A stretch of 64,000 nt of DNA from Candidatus Hydrogenedentota bacterium (GCA_963745075.1 CAVUWV010000036.1:333813-397812), one strand, 5' to 3'; numbered from the stretch's first letter, positions 1 through 11,114 are shown. A program made the numbers and translations. The notes: generated by a model from the sequence alone, not told the origin.

Positions 1-2188
1 CCCAGCGACCGGATACTGTCAGAAGATATTTATCCATTAAAGTATAATTGATCCGCCCCATGTAAGACATAAGGGTTTGTTTTGTATACCCTGATCCATA
101 ACCATTCAATGCCCCATTTGTAGTTGAACCAAGATTATACCACAACTGACTGTCATAGGGAAGTTTAATTGCATTCATATTTGACGATTCATTATGGTTC
201 ATTGAAGAACTTTGAAGCAAAGTAACCCCAAGCGTGTGGTTGCCAAAACTTTTATCATAATACAACAAATTGTCAAGTGTATAAGCGAAGTACTGCGACT
301 GTTCAAGAGCTGCATAGTTACTGGATGATGGTGAATTTCCGCCACGAAGTGAAGACTGAGCTGACTGGAATTGACCTCGCCTGTAATTTCTGAAGTCAGG
401 GCCAAAATTTACATGATAGCGCAAGCCATCAAAAAACTTGATTTCAGCATAGAAATTTCCCAGTGCGCGTAGATTTGTGCGTTCGTCAGTAACATAGTTG
501 TAATCAAGAATTGGATTAACAATATTCAGGTCTCCACCCGGGGTATAAATAAAATTGCCCTCAGCATCATAAGGTACCGCAAATGGCAACATTCCTTTGG
601 CAGCATCATATAATCTTCTGGCTCCGCGGGAACCCCCGGCAGAAAAACCATAATTCTGTACTGACCATGTTCCGGTAAAGGCGCCACCAAATGTAAACCA
701 ATCCGTTGGATTAGCTTCCAGGTTGATTTTCCCTGTATACCGTTTATAATCTTCTCCCTTATTAGTACCCAATTGATTAAGGTATCCGGCTGAAATATAG
801 GTCTTAATCTTTTCGGTTCCCATGCTTGCACTCAGGGTATGATCCTGGGTAATCCCTGTACGGGTAACATAGCCTGTCCAATCAGTGGTTTTTAATTGAG
901 AAGGATCATAGACCCCAGCCGACCATGCATTTGCTATTGTAGCCCATGCCGAAGGATCCTGGCCAAATATCAGCTGATCCATAGCCATGGTTGGATTATC
1001 CGGATCAATAGTTACATTGCTAACTACCATTCCCCGGTATGCTTCACGCCTGTATTTTACATATTCAGCAGAGTTAAAATTCTCTGAAAGATCATTAATT
1101 TTATCGAAGGTAACAGAAGTATTGTAATTAATCTGTGCCTTTCCGGCTTTTCCTCTTTTAGTAGTAATTAGTATTACTCCGTTTGCTGCCCGGGATCCAT
1201 AAATAGCTGCTGCTGAAGCATCTTTTAAGATATCCACAGATTCGATGTCCTGCGGATTAACAGCTTCTATCCCCCCGGAGGCAAGAGGAATTCCATCTAC
1301 AACATACAAAGGTTCGTTGGTGGCTAAAAGAGAACGGTTACCACGGATACGGATTGAACCCATTTCTCCCGGACGAGCATTTGATGTTATATCCACTCCT
1401 GCAGCGCGCCCCTGCAAAGCCTGCATGGTATTCTGAACAGGTGATTCCTGAATTTCCTGAGCTCCAATACGAGCTACAGATCCTGTTAAATCACTTTTCT
1501 TAACAGTCCCGTAACCAACAACAATGACTTCATCAAGTTTTTGAATATCCGGAACCAGCTGTGTGTTTACCACTGCCTGGCCAGTAAATACAATCCTTTC
1601 AGTAACATATCCCACATAGGAATACACCAGCGTAACTCCAGTCTGAGGTACCATAATGGAATATTTGCCATCCAAATCTGAAATAACCCCGGTAGTTGTC
1701 CCTTCTATAGAAATATTTACACCAGGAAGTGGCTCTCTTGTGTTGGCATCGGTAACTATTCCGCTCACCTTATATTGTTGCTGTTGGGCAAAATTTTTAC
1801 CAACCGCCATAGATGGGTCAGATGGTTTATAAATCAGAATATGTCTGTCTTTAATTTCGTAAGCTACATCCTGATTTTTAAGAGCAGAGTCAAGAATTTT
1901 GTCAATGGTCTGATTGCGTGCAATTACAGTTACACGCTGATTATCATTCAACTCATTATTATTGTACCAGAAAGAAAAGTCGCTTTGCTTTTTAATTTCT
2001 GTCAGTACATCCTTAATGGTTGCATTTTCCAGATCCAGATTGAGTTTGGTATCTTGGGAATAGGTATTAGCCGCTGAAAGACCCAGGGTACTAACTAGAA
2101 AAAGTATGGCTGTTAGCTTCATGACAGTTAGTAGTTTTTTTAGGGGGAAAAAGGGCTCATTTCCACCACTTAATAAAAATTTTATCAT
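1..2188 (-). CDS. susC: SusC/RagA TonB-dependent receptor with N-terminal STN domain; runs off the left edge
   Basis: Manual translation from ATG at 2188 stays open to position 1. Motifs: LDEVIVVGYGTVKKSDLTGSV, PLYVVDGIP, DILKDASAAAIYGSRAANGVILITTKRG. Not in the ORF track because its stop lies outside the window. Confidence 0.95.
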   Translation of the reverse strand, partial: MIKFLLSGGNEPFFPLKKLLTVMKLTAILFLVSTLGLSAANTYSQDTKLNLDLENATIKDVLTEIKKQSDFSFWYNNNELNDNQRVTVIARNQTIDKILDSALKNQDVAYEIKDRHILIYKPSDPSMAVGKNFAQQQQYKVSGIVTDANTREPLPGVNISIEGTTTGVISDLDGKYSIMVPQTGVTLVYSYVGYVTERIVFTGQAVVNTQLVPDIQKLDEVIVVGYGTVKKSDLTGSVARIGAQEIQESPVQNTMQALQGRAAGVDITSNARPGEMGSIRIRGNRSLLATNEPLYVVDGIPLASGGIEAVNPQDIESVDILKDASAAAIYGSRAANGVILITTKRGKAGKAQINYNTSVTFDKINDLSENFNSAEYVKYRREAYRGMVVSNVTIDPDNPTMAMDQLIFGQDPSAWATIANAWSAGVYDPSQLKTTDWTGYVTRTGITQDHTLSASMGTEKIKTYISAGYLNQLGTNKGEDYKRYTGKINLEANPTDWFTFGGAFTGTWSVQNYGFSAGGSRGARRLYDAAKGMLPFAVPYDAEGNFIYTPGGDLNIVNPILDYNYVTDERTNLRALGNFYAEIKFFDGLRYHVNFGPDFRNYRRGQFQSAQSSLRGGNSPSSSNYAALEQSQYFAYTLDNLLYYDKSFGNHTLGVTLLQSSSMNHNESSNMNAIKLPYDSQLWYNLGSTTNGALNGYGSGYTKQTLMSYMGRINYTLMDKYLLTVSGRW

Positions 2189-2350
2189 ACCTTTACAATG
2201 GTTTTGGTTAAATAATTTTTGTAGTTTATTGAAAGCCGAAACTTGCTGAATCGGGAAATGTAGCAGCATTTTCCGATTCTCTTTTAGTTAAGAAGTATTT
2301 TCCATAACATCATGAGTTTATTAGGTTTTACATTCAATTTTTAGTATTCA

Positions 2351-3343
2351 CTATTTTTTAAATATTTTTATAGTATCCTGGCTATTAATGTAATTGAAAT
2401 CATGATGCCTTTTCATTATATCGAGCACATGACTGATTTCATCAGTTGCATTAAAAATCCCCGTAAACACCTCTTTTTTAAGTGTATCTGACTGAATTAC
2501 AATATTAACATTGTATATTCGTTGTAACTCATTAGTTATAAACTGAAAGGTTCTACCATCAAAATAAAGCTGCCCCTGCCTCCAACTGGCATACAAGACG
2601 GCATCAACTTTCATTACTGACGATTTTCCGGATGGTTTATCCTGGAGGTATTGCTGATTAGGATTCATGATCCTACCTGCATTTTTTAAGGATGATAAAT
2701 CGTTGCTTAAAATACTAATACTACCTTCAAGCAAAGTGGTTGAAAGTATTGATTCTTCATTATAATTTCTGACATTAAAGTGAGTGCCCAATACTTTAAT
2801 TTTTATGTCTCCGGTTGAGACAATAAATGGATGCCTTTTATCATGTTCTACTTCAAAATACCCCTCACCAGAGAGTAATACCTCTCTGGTTTTACCCGAA
2901 AATTTAGCCGGGTATGATAGTGTTGAACCCGAATTCAATGTAACATGCGTACTATCAGGTAATAAAACTTCAGTTTTAATACCCCTTGGGGTAGTGGTTG
3001 CAATTAAAGGTGTATTCTTATTTGTAATAAGTCCCATAAACAGCCATGTACCGGCAAGAATAAACAGTGTAAGTGAAGCAGCAGCCGTATATTGCCAGAA
3101 ACGGACTTTCCTTCTCTGTTTTGCTGATTCAATTCTCTGTTGAATATTTTTTAAAATTTTTCCATGGCTTGCATTTTGTTTTGCAAGGTCAGTTTTATAA
3201 CTAATATGAGTTAAAATATTATATGCTTCGGCTGCCTTATCATTATTCCTGATCCATGTGTTAAAAACCTCTTTTTCACGATTTGTTGCTGTGCCATCAA
3301 GCACGTTTGCAATCACATTCCAGATATCTTTCTCTTCATCCAT
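2351..3343 (-). CDS. FecR-family anti-sigma factor
   Basis: One TM segment, then LPDSTHVTLNSGSTLSYP, LSGEGYFEV, VLGTHFNV. Lies between the ECF sigma and SusC. Likely start MDEEKD at 3343. Confidence 0.92.
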   Translation of the reverse strand: MDEEKDIWNVIANVLDGTATNREKEVFNTWIRNNDKAAEAYNILTHISYKTDLAKQNASHGKILKNIQQRIESAKQRRKVRFWQYTAAASLTLFILAGTWLFMGLITNKNTPLIATTTPRGIKTEVLLPDSTHVTLNSGSTLSYPAKFSGKTREVLLSGEGYFEVEHDKRHPFIVSTGDIKIKVLGTHFNVRNYNEESILSTTLLEGSISILSNDLSSLKNAGRIMNPNQQYLQDKPSGKSSVMKVDAVLYASWRQGQLYFDGRTFQFITNELQRIYNVNIVIQSDTLKKEVFTGIFNATDEISHVLDIMKRHHDFNYINSQDTIKIFKK

Positions 3344-3505
3344 AAAAAATTCATCTTGGTTATATTTTATAAGAGTATCCAAAATGAAAAGACATCTAAA
3401 CACATTTCAAAAAAAAGGGAAAAAATAGAGAAATGGGATCTGTAATTTATTTTTAGAGTAATATTCAGGCAGGTATCTTAGACATGTCCCATAATTTGGT
3501 TAACC

Positions 3506-4075
3506 CTATAATAATACAGCAGCAATATATTCGTTTATGATTTTTCCAAGTTTCTTAAGGGCAATAACCATCTGAGCATTTACCGTTTTTTCTGATATGG
3601 AAAGAATTCTGGCAATTTCTTTATATTTTAAACCCTCTTCTCGGGCCATCAAAAAAATAATTCTACATTTGTCCGGTAAGGAGGATATTGAATTTTGGAT
3701 CTTTACTTCCAATTCTTTATTTAAGACAATTTCTTCCGGCGTCTGATTATCTATATGAATAGAACCAGAAACCTCATAAATTTCAATATTGTTGTTTTCG
3801 TAATTTTTCAGCTTAATATAGTAAAGCGACCTGTTTCTGGTTGAAGAGTACAAGTAAGCTTCGATATTTTCTACAGTCAACAAATGTTTGCGGCTTTTCC
3901 AAACATTGAAAAAAACATCTGACACAATTTCCTGAATTAATTCATCATTTGAAATGAAATAGGTTGTGAAGCGATAAATTGTATCATAATATATTTCATA
4001 AAATTCAACGAAAGCCTTTTCGTCATCCCGGGCAATCCTATGAATCAAATGCTTAATATTTAAAGAGCCATGCAT
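3506..4075 (-). CDS. ECF sigma-70 factor (Bacteroidota expansion type)
   Basis: EIVSDVFFNVW and LPDKCRIIFLMAREEGLKYKEIARILSISEKTV (region 4). Confidence 0.93.
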   Translation of the reverse strand: MHGSLNIKHLIHRIARDDEKAFVEFYEIYYDTIYRFTTYFISNDELIQEIVSDVFFNVWKSRKHLLTVENIEAYLYSSTRNRSLYYIKLKNYENNNIEIYEVSGSIHIDNQTPEEIVLNKELEVKIQNSISSLPDKCRIIFLMAREEGLKYKEIARILSISEKTVNAQMVIALKKLGKIINEYIAAVLL

Positions 4076-4557
4076 CAGTAATTGAAGTTGTAAATAATGA
4101 TCAAAATGATTTAAACTAATTTTAAATTTTTCCTTTAAGTCTCTCCATATAAAGGCAGAAGTAAACTCATATTCAATCCAGGATCAATCCCATTTTCTGC
4201 AAATACATCTTGCAAGTTATAATATTTATGCTAATCCGGCAATGAAGATCCGGGTAAAATTTTATAAACATATCAAACAATTGTCTGGCCATGTAAATAA
4301 CTTCTGCAAATCATGCATGAAATAAAACAGAATCCCTTTATAATGAAAATTATATCCTGACTCTACTATATACAGTATCTTTTAAATTTTTACACACTAT
4401 TTTGAATATTATCAATTACTATTTACTTAAAGGGGGAATGTTTTTCAATTTATATTTAATTTAGACCAAATAAGATATTAACAGATCTCTATATTTTATA
4501 CCTTTATGTTCATCCCTGAACATCTTTTCATTTTTCAATATTAAAATTTTCATCACT

Positions 4558-5841
4558 ATGAGATTTATAACCTATAACTCAAAAAACTTCAAAAACATTG
4601 AATATATCCGGCATTTGCCGGAAGATGTAAAGAAGGAGATTGAGCTTGTTTCGAGTGTTATTCCGTTTAAAACCAATAATTATGTTGTGGATTACCTGAT
4701 CGACTGGGAAAACTACCGCAATGACCCTGTATATATATTGAATTTCCCCAACCGCACCATGCTGAAAGAAGATCAGTTTGACCGTCTCAGACGAGTGAAA
4801 AACGAGTCTCACTCAGATGCGGAGATCATGAAAGTGATCAACGGCATCAGAATGGAAATGAACCCGCATCCTGCACAGCAAATGACAAATGTACCAACCC
4901 TGGATGGTGAAGAGCTAAAAGGTGTTCAGCATAAGTACAGGGATATTGTACTCTTCTTTCCCAGTCAGGGACAAACCTGCCATGCACACTGCACTTTTTG
5001 TTTCCGATGGCCACAGTTTGTAAAGGACCTGGATTTGAAGTTCTCCATGCGCGAAATAGATAAAGTAGCTGAATACATCCGCAGACATGAAGAAGTGAAT
5101 GAGATTCTGTTTACTGGTGGAGACCCCATGATCATGAGCCCGGCTACACTCTCCAAATACATTGATGTACTGCTGTCTTCAAATCTTAAAAATCTTAAAA
5201 ACATCCGTTTTGGAACCAAGTCTCTCACTTACTGGCCTTTTACCTTCCTCCCCGAACATAATGAAGAAGGACAGGCAATGCTGGATCTTTTCAGGAAAAT
5301 TACCGACAGCGGTCTGCATCTGGCATTTATGGCGCATTTTAATCATCCCAATGAGCTGAATAATGAAGTGGTTCAACAGGCCATATATAATATACGCCAG
5401 ACCGGTGCCGAGATCCGGACCCAGGCGCCTATTCTGAATAACATTAACAACAACAGCAGAACCTGGTCAGAAATGTGGAAGAAACAGGTAAGTCTGGGCA
5501 TGATCCCCTATTATATGTTTATTGAACGGGAGACCGGCCCGTATGATTATTTCAAACTTCCACTGGCAGAAGTATACCACACCTATCAACGGGCCATCAA
5601 AGAGACAGGGAGCTTTGCCAAAACAATTACCGGTCCGGTTATGTCAGCAGCAAAAGGTAAAGTACACATTATGGGAGTAGTTAATAACCCTGCTGACAGT
5701 CAAAAATATTTTATGATGCAATATGTTCGTCACCGGGATTACCGGGAAACCTATAAACCATTTTTCACAGAATATAACGAGCATGCAACCTGGATCAATC
5801 AGCTTAAGCGTATTGAAACGAGGGAAATGAGCGTTAATTGA
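4558..5841 (+). CDS. KamA-like radical SAM/PLP 2,3-aminomutase-family protein, substrate unknown
   Basis: HKYRDIVLFFP, CxxxCxxC (CHAHCTFC)FR, LFTGGDPM, HFNHPNEL, IPYYMF; candidate PLP lysine in GPVMSAAKGKV. Confidence 0.85.
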   Translation: MRFITYNSKNFKNIEYIRHLPEDVKKEIELVSSVIPFKTNNYVVDYLIDWENYRNDPVYILNFPNRTMLKEDQFDRLRRVKNESHSDAEIMKVINGIRMEMNPHPAQQMTNVPTLDGEELKGVQHKYRDIVLFFPSQGQTCHAHCTFCFRWPQFVKDLDLKFSMREIDKVAEYIRRHEEVNEILFTGGDPMIMSPATLSKYIDVLLSSNLKNLKNIRFGTKSLTYWPFTFLPEHNEEGQAMLDLFRKITDSGLHLAFMAHFNHPNELNNEVVQQAIYNIRQTGAEIRTQAPILNNINNNSRTWSEMWKKQVSLGMIPYYMFIERETGPYDYFKLPLAEVYHTYQRAIKETGSFAKTITGPVMSAAKGKVHIMGVVNNPADSQKYFMMQYVRHRDYRETYKPFFTEYNEHATWINQLKRIETREMSVN

Positions 5842-5927
5842 TTTTTAAAAAATAAGTCATACAATTTTTTACCTGCTATTTCACGGTATACCCGGATTAG
5901 TCAGGATTAAAAAAAGCAAAAACAAAC

Positions 5928-7646
5928 ATGAAAGATTCATACATACCATTTAACAAAACAACCGAAGAAAATGCACCCAATGCTGAAAATGTATCCACAG
6001 ACCAGCAACAAGTGAAAAAACAAAACAATGAAAATATTCTGTACATTTTGTACGGAAGCCGCACAGGCAACTCAAAAGCAGCCGCCATACTGGCCAGAGA
6101 TTATGCCCGTTACCTGGGACTGGAGAGTTATCTGCTTGATATGAAAACCATTGACCCTCAAGACCTGCAACATATCCGCAACCTGCTCATAGCTGTAAGC
6201 ACACATGGAGAAGGTGATCCGCCGGCAGTAGTTGAAAACTTTTATAAATATATACACTCTCCTTCAGCTCCGTCAATGGAAGGCGCACGTTTTAGTTTAC
6301 TGGCCCTTGGTGACAGCAGTTATCGCGATTTCTGCAAAACAGGCCGGGATTTTCAGCGCCGGCTGAAACTACTCGGAGCCAAAGAGATCAGTCCGCTGGT
6401 TTCCTGTGATATCGATTATGAAGAAAATGCAAAAAAATGGGTTGAAGAAGCGGTAGCTTCCTTTGCTGAAATACTTCCTGCAAAAGAACAAAAGAAAGGT
6501 AAGCCATTTGCATTCGAAATCAATAAGAATGAGGCCGGATTTGAAAATGCATATTATGCAAAAGTACTGAGTAAGAAATACCTTACCCGTCCTGGTGTTG
6601 GCAAACGTACCCTGCATCTCGAACTGGCTATTGATAATTTTGATACACCTTTCGAGCCGGGCGATTCTTTTGGCGTTTATCTCTCTAATTCACGATTATT
6701 GGTTGATAAGCTTTTGAAAGTCCTGGGTTTTGACGGCACTCACACCATTGAGGCTCCGTCAGGAAAAAAAATGCTGAAAGAAGCCCTGATAAATGACTTT
6801 GAAATTACCATGCTTACGCCACTCATAGTACGAAAATATGCGCAGCTTTCCGGCCATCCCAATATTACAGAACTTACAAGAAACGTGACAGCGTTGCAGG
6901 AATATGTACTTTCACACGATATACTTGACCTGGTGACTGATTATCCGGCTAGTTTCACACCTGAAGAATTTATTAATATTTTACGTAAACTCAATCCCCG
7001 GATCTATTCGGTTGCATCAAGTCCCTCCCTGAAACAGGGTGAATTGCATTTTACGATTGGCCTGGTTGAATACAACATAAATCAACGAAATCATATTGGT
7101 GTCGGTTCAGCATTTTTTGCTGACAGAGTTGAAGAAGGAGATTCAATACCTGTTTACCTGGAATCAAATCCAAAGTTCAGGTTACCTGAAGACACTGATA
7201 CTCCGGTAATCATGATCGGAACAGGCACCGGTATTGCACCTTTCAGGGCCTTTTTGCAGGAACGTAAATATCAGGGGGCAAAGGGTGATAACTGGTTATT
7301 CTTTGGCGACAGAAATGCTGAAAATGACTATTTATACCGGGATGAGCTGGAAGACTTTTTCAACTCCGGATTACTTACCAAACTAAATACAGCATTCTCC
7401 CGTGATCAGCAGGAAAAAATTTATGTACAACATCGCATGCTTGAAAATTCCGCAGCACTGTTCAGCTGGATATTCAAACGCAATGCAACGGTTTATCTCT
7501 GCGGAAACAAGCGAACCATGGGAAAAAGTGTGCGTGAAACAATGAAGGAGATCCTTATTAAAGAAGGTAATTTTACGCCTGAAGTAGCGACTGCTTACCT
7601 GAAGAAAATGAAAAATGAGAAACGGCTGCAGGCCGATTTGTATTAA
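5928..7646 (+). CDS. CysJ-like diflavin (FMN/FAD/NADPH) reductase
   Basis: Flavodoxin motifs YGSRTGNS, STHGEGDPP, LGDSSYRDFC; FNR motifs RIYSVASS, GTGTGIAPF, FFGDRN, AFSRD, YVQH, YLCG. Confidence 0.9.
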   Translation: MKDSYIPFNKTTEENAPNAENVSTDQQQVKKQNNENILYILYGSRTGNSKAAAILARDYARYLGLESYLLDMKTIDPQDLQHIRNLLIAVSTHGEGDPPAVVENFYKYIHSPSAPSMEGARFSLLALGDSSYRDFCKTGRDFQRRLKLLGAKEISPLVSCDIDYEENAKKWVEEAVASFAEILPAKEQKKGKPFAFEINKNEAGFENAYYAKVLSKKYLTRPGVGKRTLHLELAIDNFDTPFEPGDSFGVYLSNSRLLVDKLLKVLGFDGTHTIEAPSGKKMLKEALINDFEITMLTPLIVRKYAQLSGHPNITELTRNVTALQEYVLSHDILDLVTDYPASFTPEEFINILRKLNPRIYSVASSPSLKQGELHFTIGLVEYNINQRNHIGVGSAFFADRVEEGDSIPVYLESNPKFRLPEDTDTPVIMIGTGTGIAPFRAFLQERKYQGAKGDNWLFFGDRNAENDYLYRDELEDFFNSGLLTKLNTAFSRDQQEKIYVQHRMLENSAALFSWIFKRNATVYLCGNKRTMGKSVRETMKEILIKEGNFTPEVATAYLKKMKNEKRLQADLY

Positions 7647-7880
7647 TTCCTTACTTTCAAAAATGAAAACCAGACTACCGGAAAACATAAAATTTGCTGT
7701 AAAATTCGCGCACAAGTAGAAGAGCGTACCCCATTCTGACATTTGATCGCTGGCTTTGCTGAGTAATCCCTGGACCGGACTAACACCGGAAGTTATTCTT
7801 CTTTACCTGGGAGATTGCTCACATCATCAAATTTTCCATAGTCCAGTATTTGGAATAATTAAGATATTCCAGGAACCAGC

Positions 7881-9059
7881 TTAATTGTTATTGTTAAAAG
7901 CTGAAAGATCCCATTCATCTTTCCATTCAATAACCGGTTTTTCATTTTCAAATTTTACAGGCAACCAGATATAACGGCCGTCAACAGGATTTTTCGGCTT
8001 CCAGCGATCAGCCATAAAGATAAACGCATCATCAAAGCCTGCAACTGGCAATACATAAGTGCTCTGGGAATAAAAAGTAAGCTCGGCATGTTCTCCAATA
8101 CAGGGATTCCCCAGCTGTTTCCATGGGCCCCAAATGGAACCGGCAACAGCCACATCGGCAGCATTCGGATCCCAGCCTGTGCATCCGGAAGTAATCATAT
8201 AATATTTCCCGTTTCGCTTGAAAACAGCAGGCGCTTCACGATGTCCTCCCGGAAAAACTCTTGTCCACCTTCCGGTAAACCCAGTATAATCATCATTTAG
8301 TTCTGAGATATCCATGGTTAGATTTTCTTCCGAAGAATGAATATGATAAGCCTTTTCATCATCATCCACAAAAAGTGTCATGTCCCTGGACATCTGTCCT
8401 TTTCCAAAATCGCGACGCACGAATAAGCCTTCCTCAATGGCTTTCCTCCATTCGGGAGTCCACCATTTTAACTGTTCTTCATTAGCCTGTTTTTCGTTTT
8501 TTCCTGCATAATTAACAGGCCACTGACCAGCATTAGGCCGGAAGGATCTGATATAGGTATAGGGACCTGCAATTTTATCGCTAACAGCAACTCCTGTGCG
8601 GGCCGAACTGTAACCACTCCCTTTCAGTTCCAAATGAAACCACATCACAAATTTACCCGTCTTTTTGTTAAAAATTACTTTTGGACGTTCCATAACACAA
8701 CCTCTTACAATTTCGGAAGTTGTATCAGACAGTGATGCCATAGCTATGCCTTCGTTTTTCCAATTGTACAGATCTTTGGAAGAATAACATCCTATCCCCA
8801 CTTTTGCAGTGTTTCCGCCATGGCCTGAGGTTTTATGTTCCCCAAACCAGTAATAAGTATTATTGTAATACAAAATTCCACCACCATGTGCGTTAATGGC
8901 AACACTATCAGTATCGACCCATACTTTTCCTGGATTGAAACTTTTATTTTTACTTTCAATGTTACTGGTTTCTTCACTGTTTTTGCATGAAACCAGTGAC
9001 ATTACCACTGCACTGCATATTCCTATCTCTTTCAGACTTATTGTTAAGAACTTACCCAT
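7881..9059 (-). CDS. GH43-family glycoside hydrolase lipoprotein
   Basis: Lipobox SLVSC; INAHGGG, MERPKVI, SRDMTLFVDDD, REAPA, SQSTYV. Confidence 0.8.
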   Translation of the reverse strand: MGKFLTISLKEIGICSAVVMSLVSCKNSEETSNIESKNKSFNPGKVWVDTDSVAINAHGGGILYYNNTYYWFGEHKTSGHGGNTAKVGIGCYSSKDLYNWKNEGIAMASLSDTTSEIVRGCVMERPKVIFNKKTGKFVMWFHLELKGSGYSSARTGVAVSDKIAGPYTYIRSFRPNAGQWPVNYAGKNEKQANEEQLKWWTPEWRKAIEEGLFVRRDFGKGQMSRDMTLFVDDDEKAYHIHSSEENLTMDISELNDDYTGFTGRWTRVFPGGHREAPAVFKRNGKYYMITSGCTGWDPNAADVAVAGSIWGPWKQLGNPCIGEHAELTFYSQSTYVLPVAGFDDAFIFMADRWKPKNPVDGRYIWLPVKFENEKPVIEWKDEWDLSAFNNNN

Positions 9060-9227
9060 AATTATATTTTTCGATTCACCGTTGTCCTGTATAAATATTT
9101 AACCGGGTCAGACATTTCTCAATCTAACCCGCTATGTCGTCTGGTTTTGAATTTCCACCCAAGAAAGTTGACCCAAATAATAATTCAAATTTCAATTCAT
9201 TACAGTTATTCATCTCATTATTGATAA

Positions 9228-10589
9228 TCATCCAAGTAGTCCAAGTCCGTTGAGGAAAACAAATGCAATGGCGATCGGAGCGATAAAACGGATGATAAAC
9301 AGATAAGCTCCGTAAAAAACTACCCTGACTGTACCCTTATTGGACAATTCATCCTTCAGGACACTCTTCCCAAGGAACCAGCCTACAAATAATACAATAA
9401 ACAAACCACCTACCGGCAACAGAATATTAGCTGAGGTAAAATCAAGAATATCAAAAAGATTTTTCCCAAACAATTGTACTTCGTCCCAGGGTCCCTGCGA
9501 CATTGTACAAACAAAACCCAGGATAGCAATGCCAAAGGCAGCCCAAAATGTAGCTTTTTTTCTGGAAATATTAAATTCTTCTGAGAAAAAGGCAACCACT
9601 ACCTCCAGTACAGAGATGGAAGAGGTAAGTGCAGCAATGATCAGTAACAGGAAGAAAAGGATGGCAAAGAAATAGCCTGCCGGCATCTGATTGAATATGT
9701 TGGGCAGTGTTATAAACACCAACCCCGGACCTGAAGCCGGTTCAATATGGAAGGCAAATACGGCCGGAAATATAGCGATACCTGCCAGTACAGCAATAAG
9801 GGTATCAGCTGCTGAAACAGCCACTGCAGTATTCCCGAGTTTTTCCTTCTTATGAATATATGAACCATAGGTGATGAGTGTTCCCATACCGATACTGAGG
9901 GAGAAAAACGACTGTCCGAGTGCTTCTAGAATAACCTTACCGGTAATCTTTGAAAAATCCGGAGCGAACAAAAAGCGGAGCCCCTCGCCTGCTCCGGGAA
10001 GTGTCAGTGCCCTGACACACAAAGCCAGCAATAATACCAGCAGCATGGGCATCAGTATCTTGGAATATTTCTCAATCCCTCTCTGAACTCCGGCAATCAC
10101 AATCCCTGCAGTTAAAAACATGAAGATAAGCTGCCAGAATGCCGGTTGATAGCCACTTGTCCTGAAAGCTTCAAAAGTATTGGTCAAAGCTGCAGCATCT
10201 TCCCCTTTAAATTGATTCAGCAGCGATGAATATAAATATTCCATGGTCCAGCCGGCTACGGTACTATAAAATGCCAGGATCATGAAAGCAGTCACAATGA
10301 ACATCAGACCAACCAGGTGCCATTTTGCTTTTGGCTTCAGGAAACGAAATGCTCCATACGGATTGCGTTGTGCGTTTCTTCCGATGATAAACTCTGAAAG
10401 CATAACCGGTATACCGATGGCCAGAATAAACACGATATATACCAGCAGAAAAGCAGCTCCACCGTTTTCACCTGCAACATACGGGAATCGCCAGATGTTA
10501 CCCAATCCGATAGCCGAGCCGGCTGTGGCCGCAATTACGCCAAGTTTTGAGCCAAAACTGTCACGCAAAGTAGTGTCCAAATTTGCCAT
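9228..10589 (-). CDS. Sodium-dependent transporter (NSS/SNF family)
   Basis: GSAIGLGNIWRFPY, GGAAFL, QSFFSLSIG, GPGLVFITLP; many TM segments. Confidence 0.93.
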   Translation of the reverse strand: MANLDTTLRDSFGSKLGVIAATAGSAIGLGNIWRFPYVAGENGGAAFLLVYIVFILAIGIPVMLSEFIIGRNAQRNPYGAFRFLKPKAKWHLVGLMFIVTAFMILAFYSTVAGWTMEYLYSSLLNQFKGEDAAALTNTFEAFRTSGYQPAFWQLIFMFLTAGIVIAGVQRGIEKYSKILMPMLLVLLLALCVRALTLPGAGEGLRFLFAPDFSKITGKVILEALGQSFFSLSIGMGTLITYGSYIHKKEKLGNTAVAVSAADTLIAVLAGIAIFPAVFAFHIEPASGPGLVFITLPNIFNQMPAGYFFAILFFLLLIIAALTSSISVLEVVVAFFSEEFNISRKKATFWAAFGIAILGFVCTMSQGPWDEVQLFGKNLFDILDFTSANILLPVGGLFIVLFVGWFLGKSVLKDELSNKGTVRVVFYGAYLFIIRFIAPIAIAFVFLNGLGLLG

Positions 10590-10744
10590 TTCCTGATCAT
10601 TTTTTATTATTTCGGGAGTGAAAATACAAAAACATCAGGAATTAGCATTCCAGTTAAATGAATTTCTTGAATGAGTATGATAATATCCAGGATAGGTCAC
10701 GCATTACAAATGTGCGCCAGACAAGAGTGCATTCCAAAAAAGGT

Positions 10745-11090
10745 CACAAGCGAGATGCGGCAGTGGGAGCTATTGGATGTGGCAGTGGGGGAATACAAGA
10801 AACGCAGTTTCTTATTCGTTATATTTATATCGTTCATATTACCAATGAATTACAAAGTTTTCTTGTTGCGTTTTTTTCCAGCATATTATATTATTCGTGG
10901 CTAAAGTGAATAGTTCGGGGTTCAACTCCAAACCTGAGGGTAAAAGTCACAAGAGGATGCTTGCAACAGAGTTAGGCCACAAGCGAGACGCTTGGGAGAG
11001 TATAAATCTGCTTATTTCAATGAATGGTCACAAGCGAGACGATCCGATAGCTATCGGATGCGACAGTTTAACGCAGACGCTTGCGACATG
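10745..11090. repeat. Cluster of CACAAGCGAGACGCTTG REP-like hairpins
   Basis: Four to five exact or degenerate copies near 10745, 10948, 10978, 11028 and 11075; further copies near 52437 and 52786. Confidence 0.75.
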
Positions 11091-11114
11091 GCCCGGGAGA
11101 AAATAAGAGTAAAT

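Noticed and set aside
199..2077. Small ORFs in the first 2 kb
   Set aside because: Shadow frames of the SusC gene.
4558..5841. EpmB or canonical kamA
   Set aside because: No efp/epmA or kamDE context, and the PLP-lysine motif diverges.
5928..7646. Assimilatory sulfite reductase operon
   Set aside because: No cysI, cysH, cysD or cysN in the window, so the cysJ symbol is withheld.
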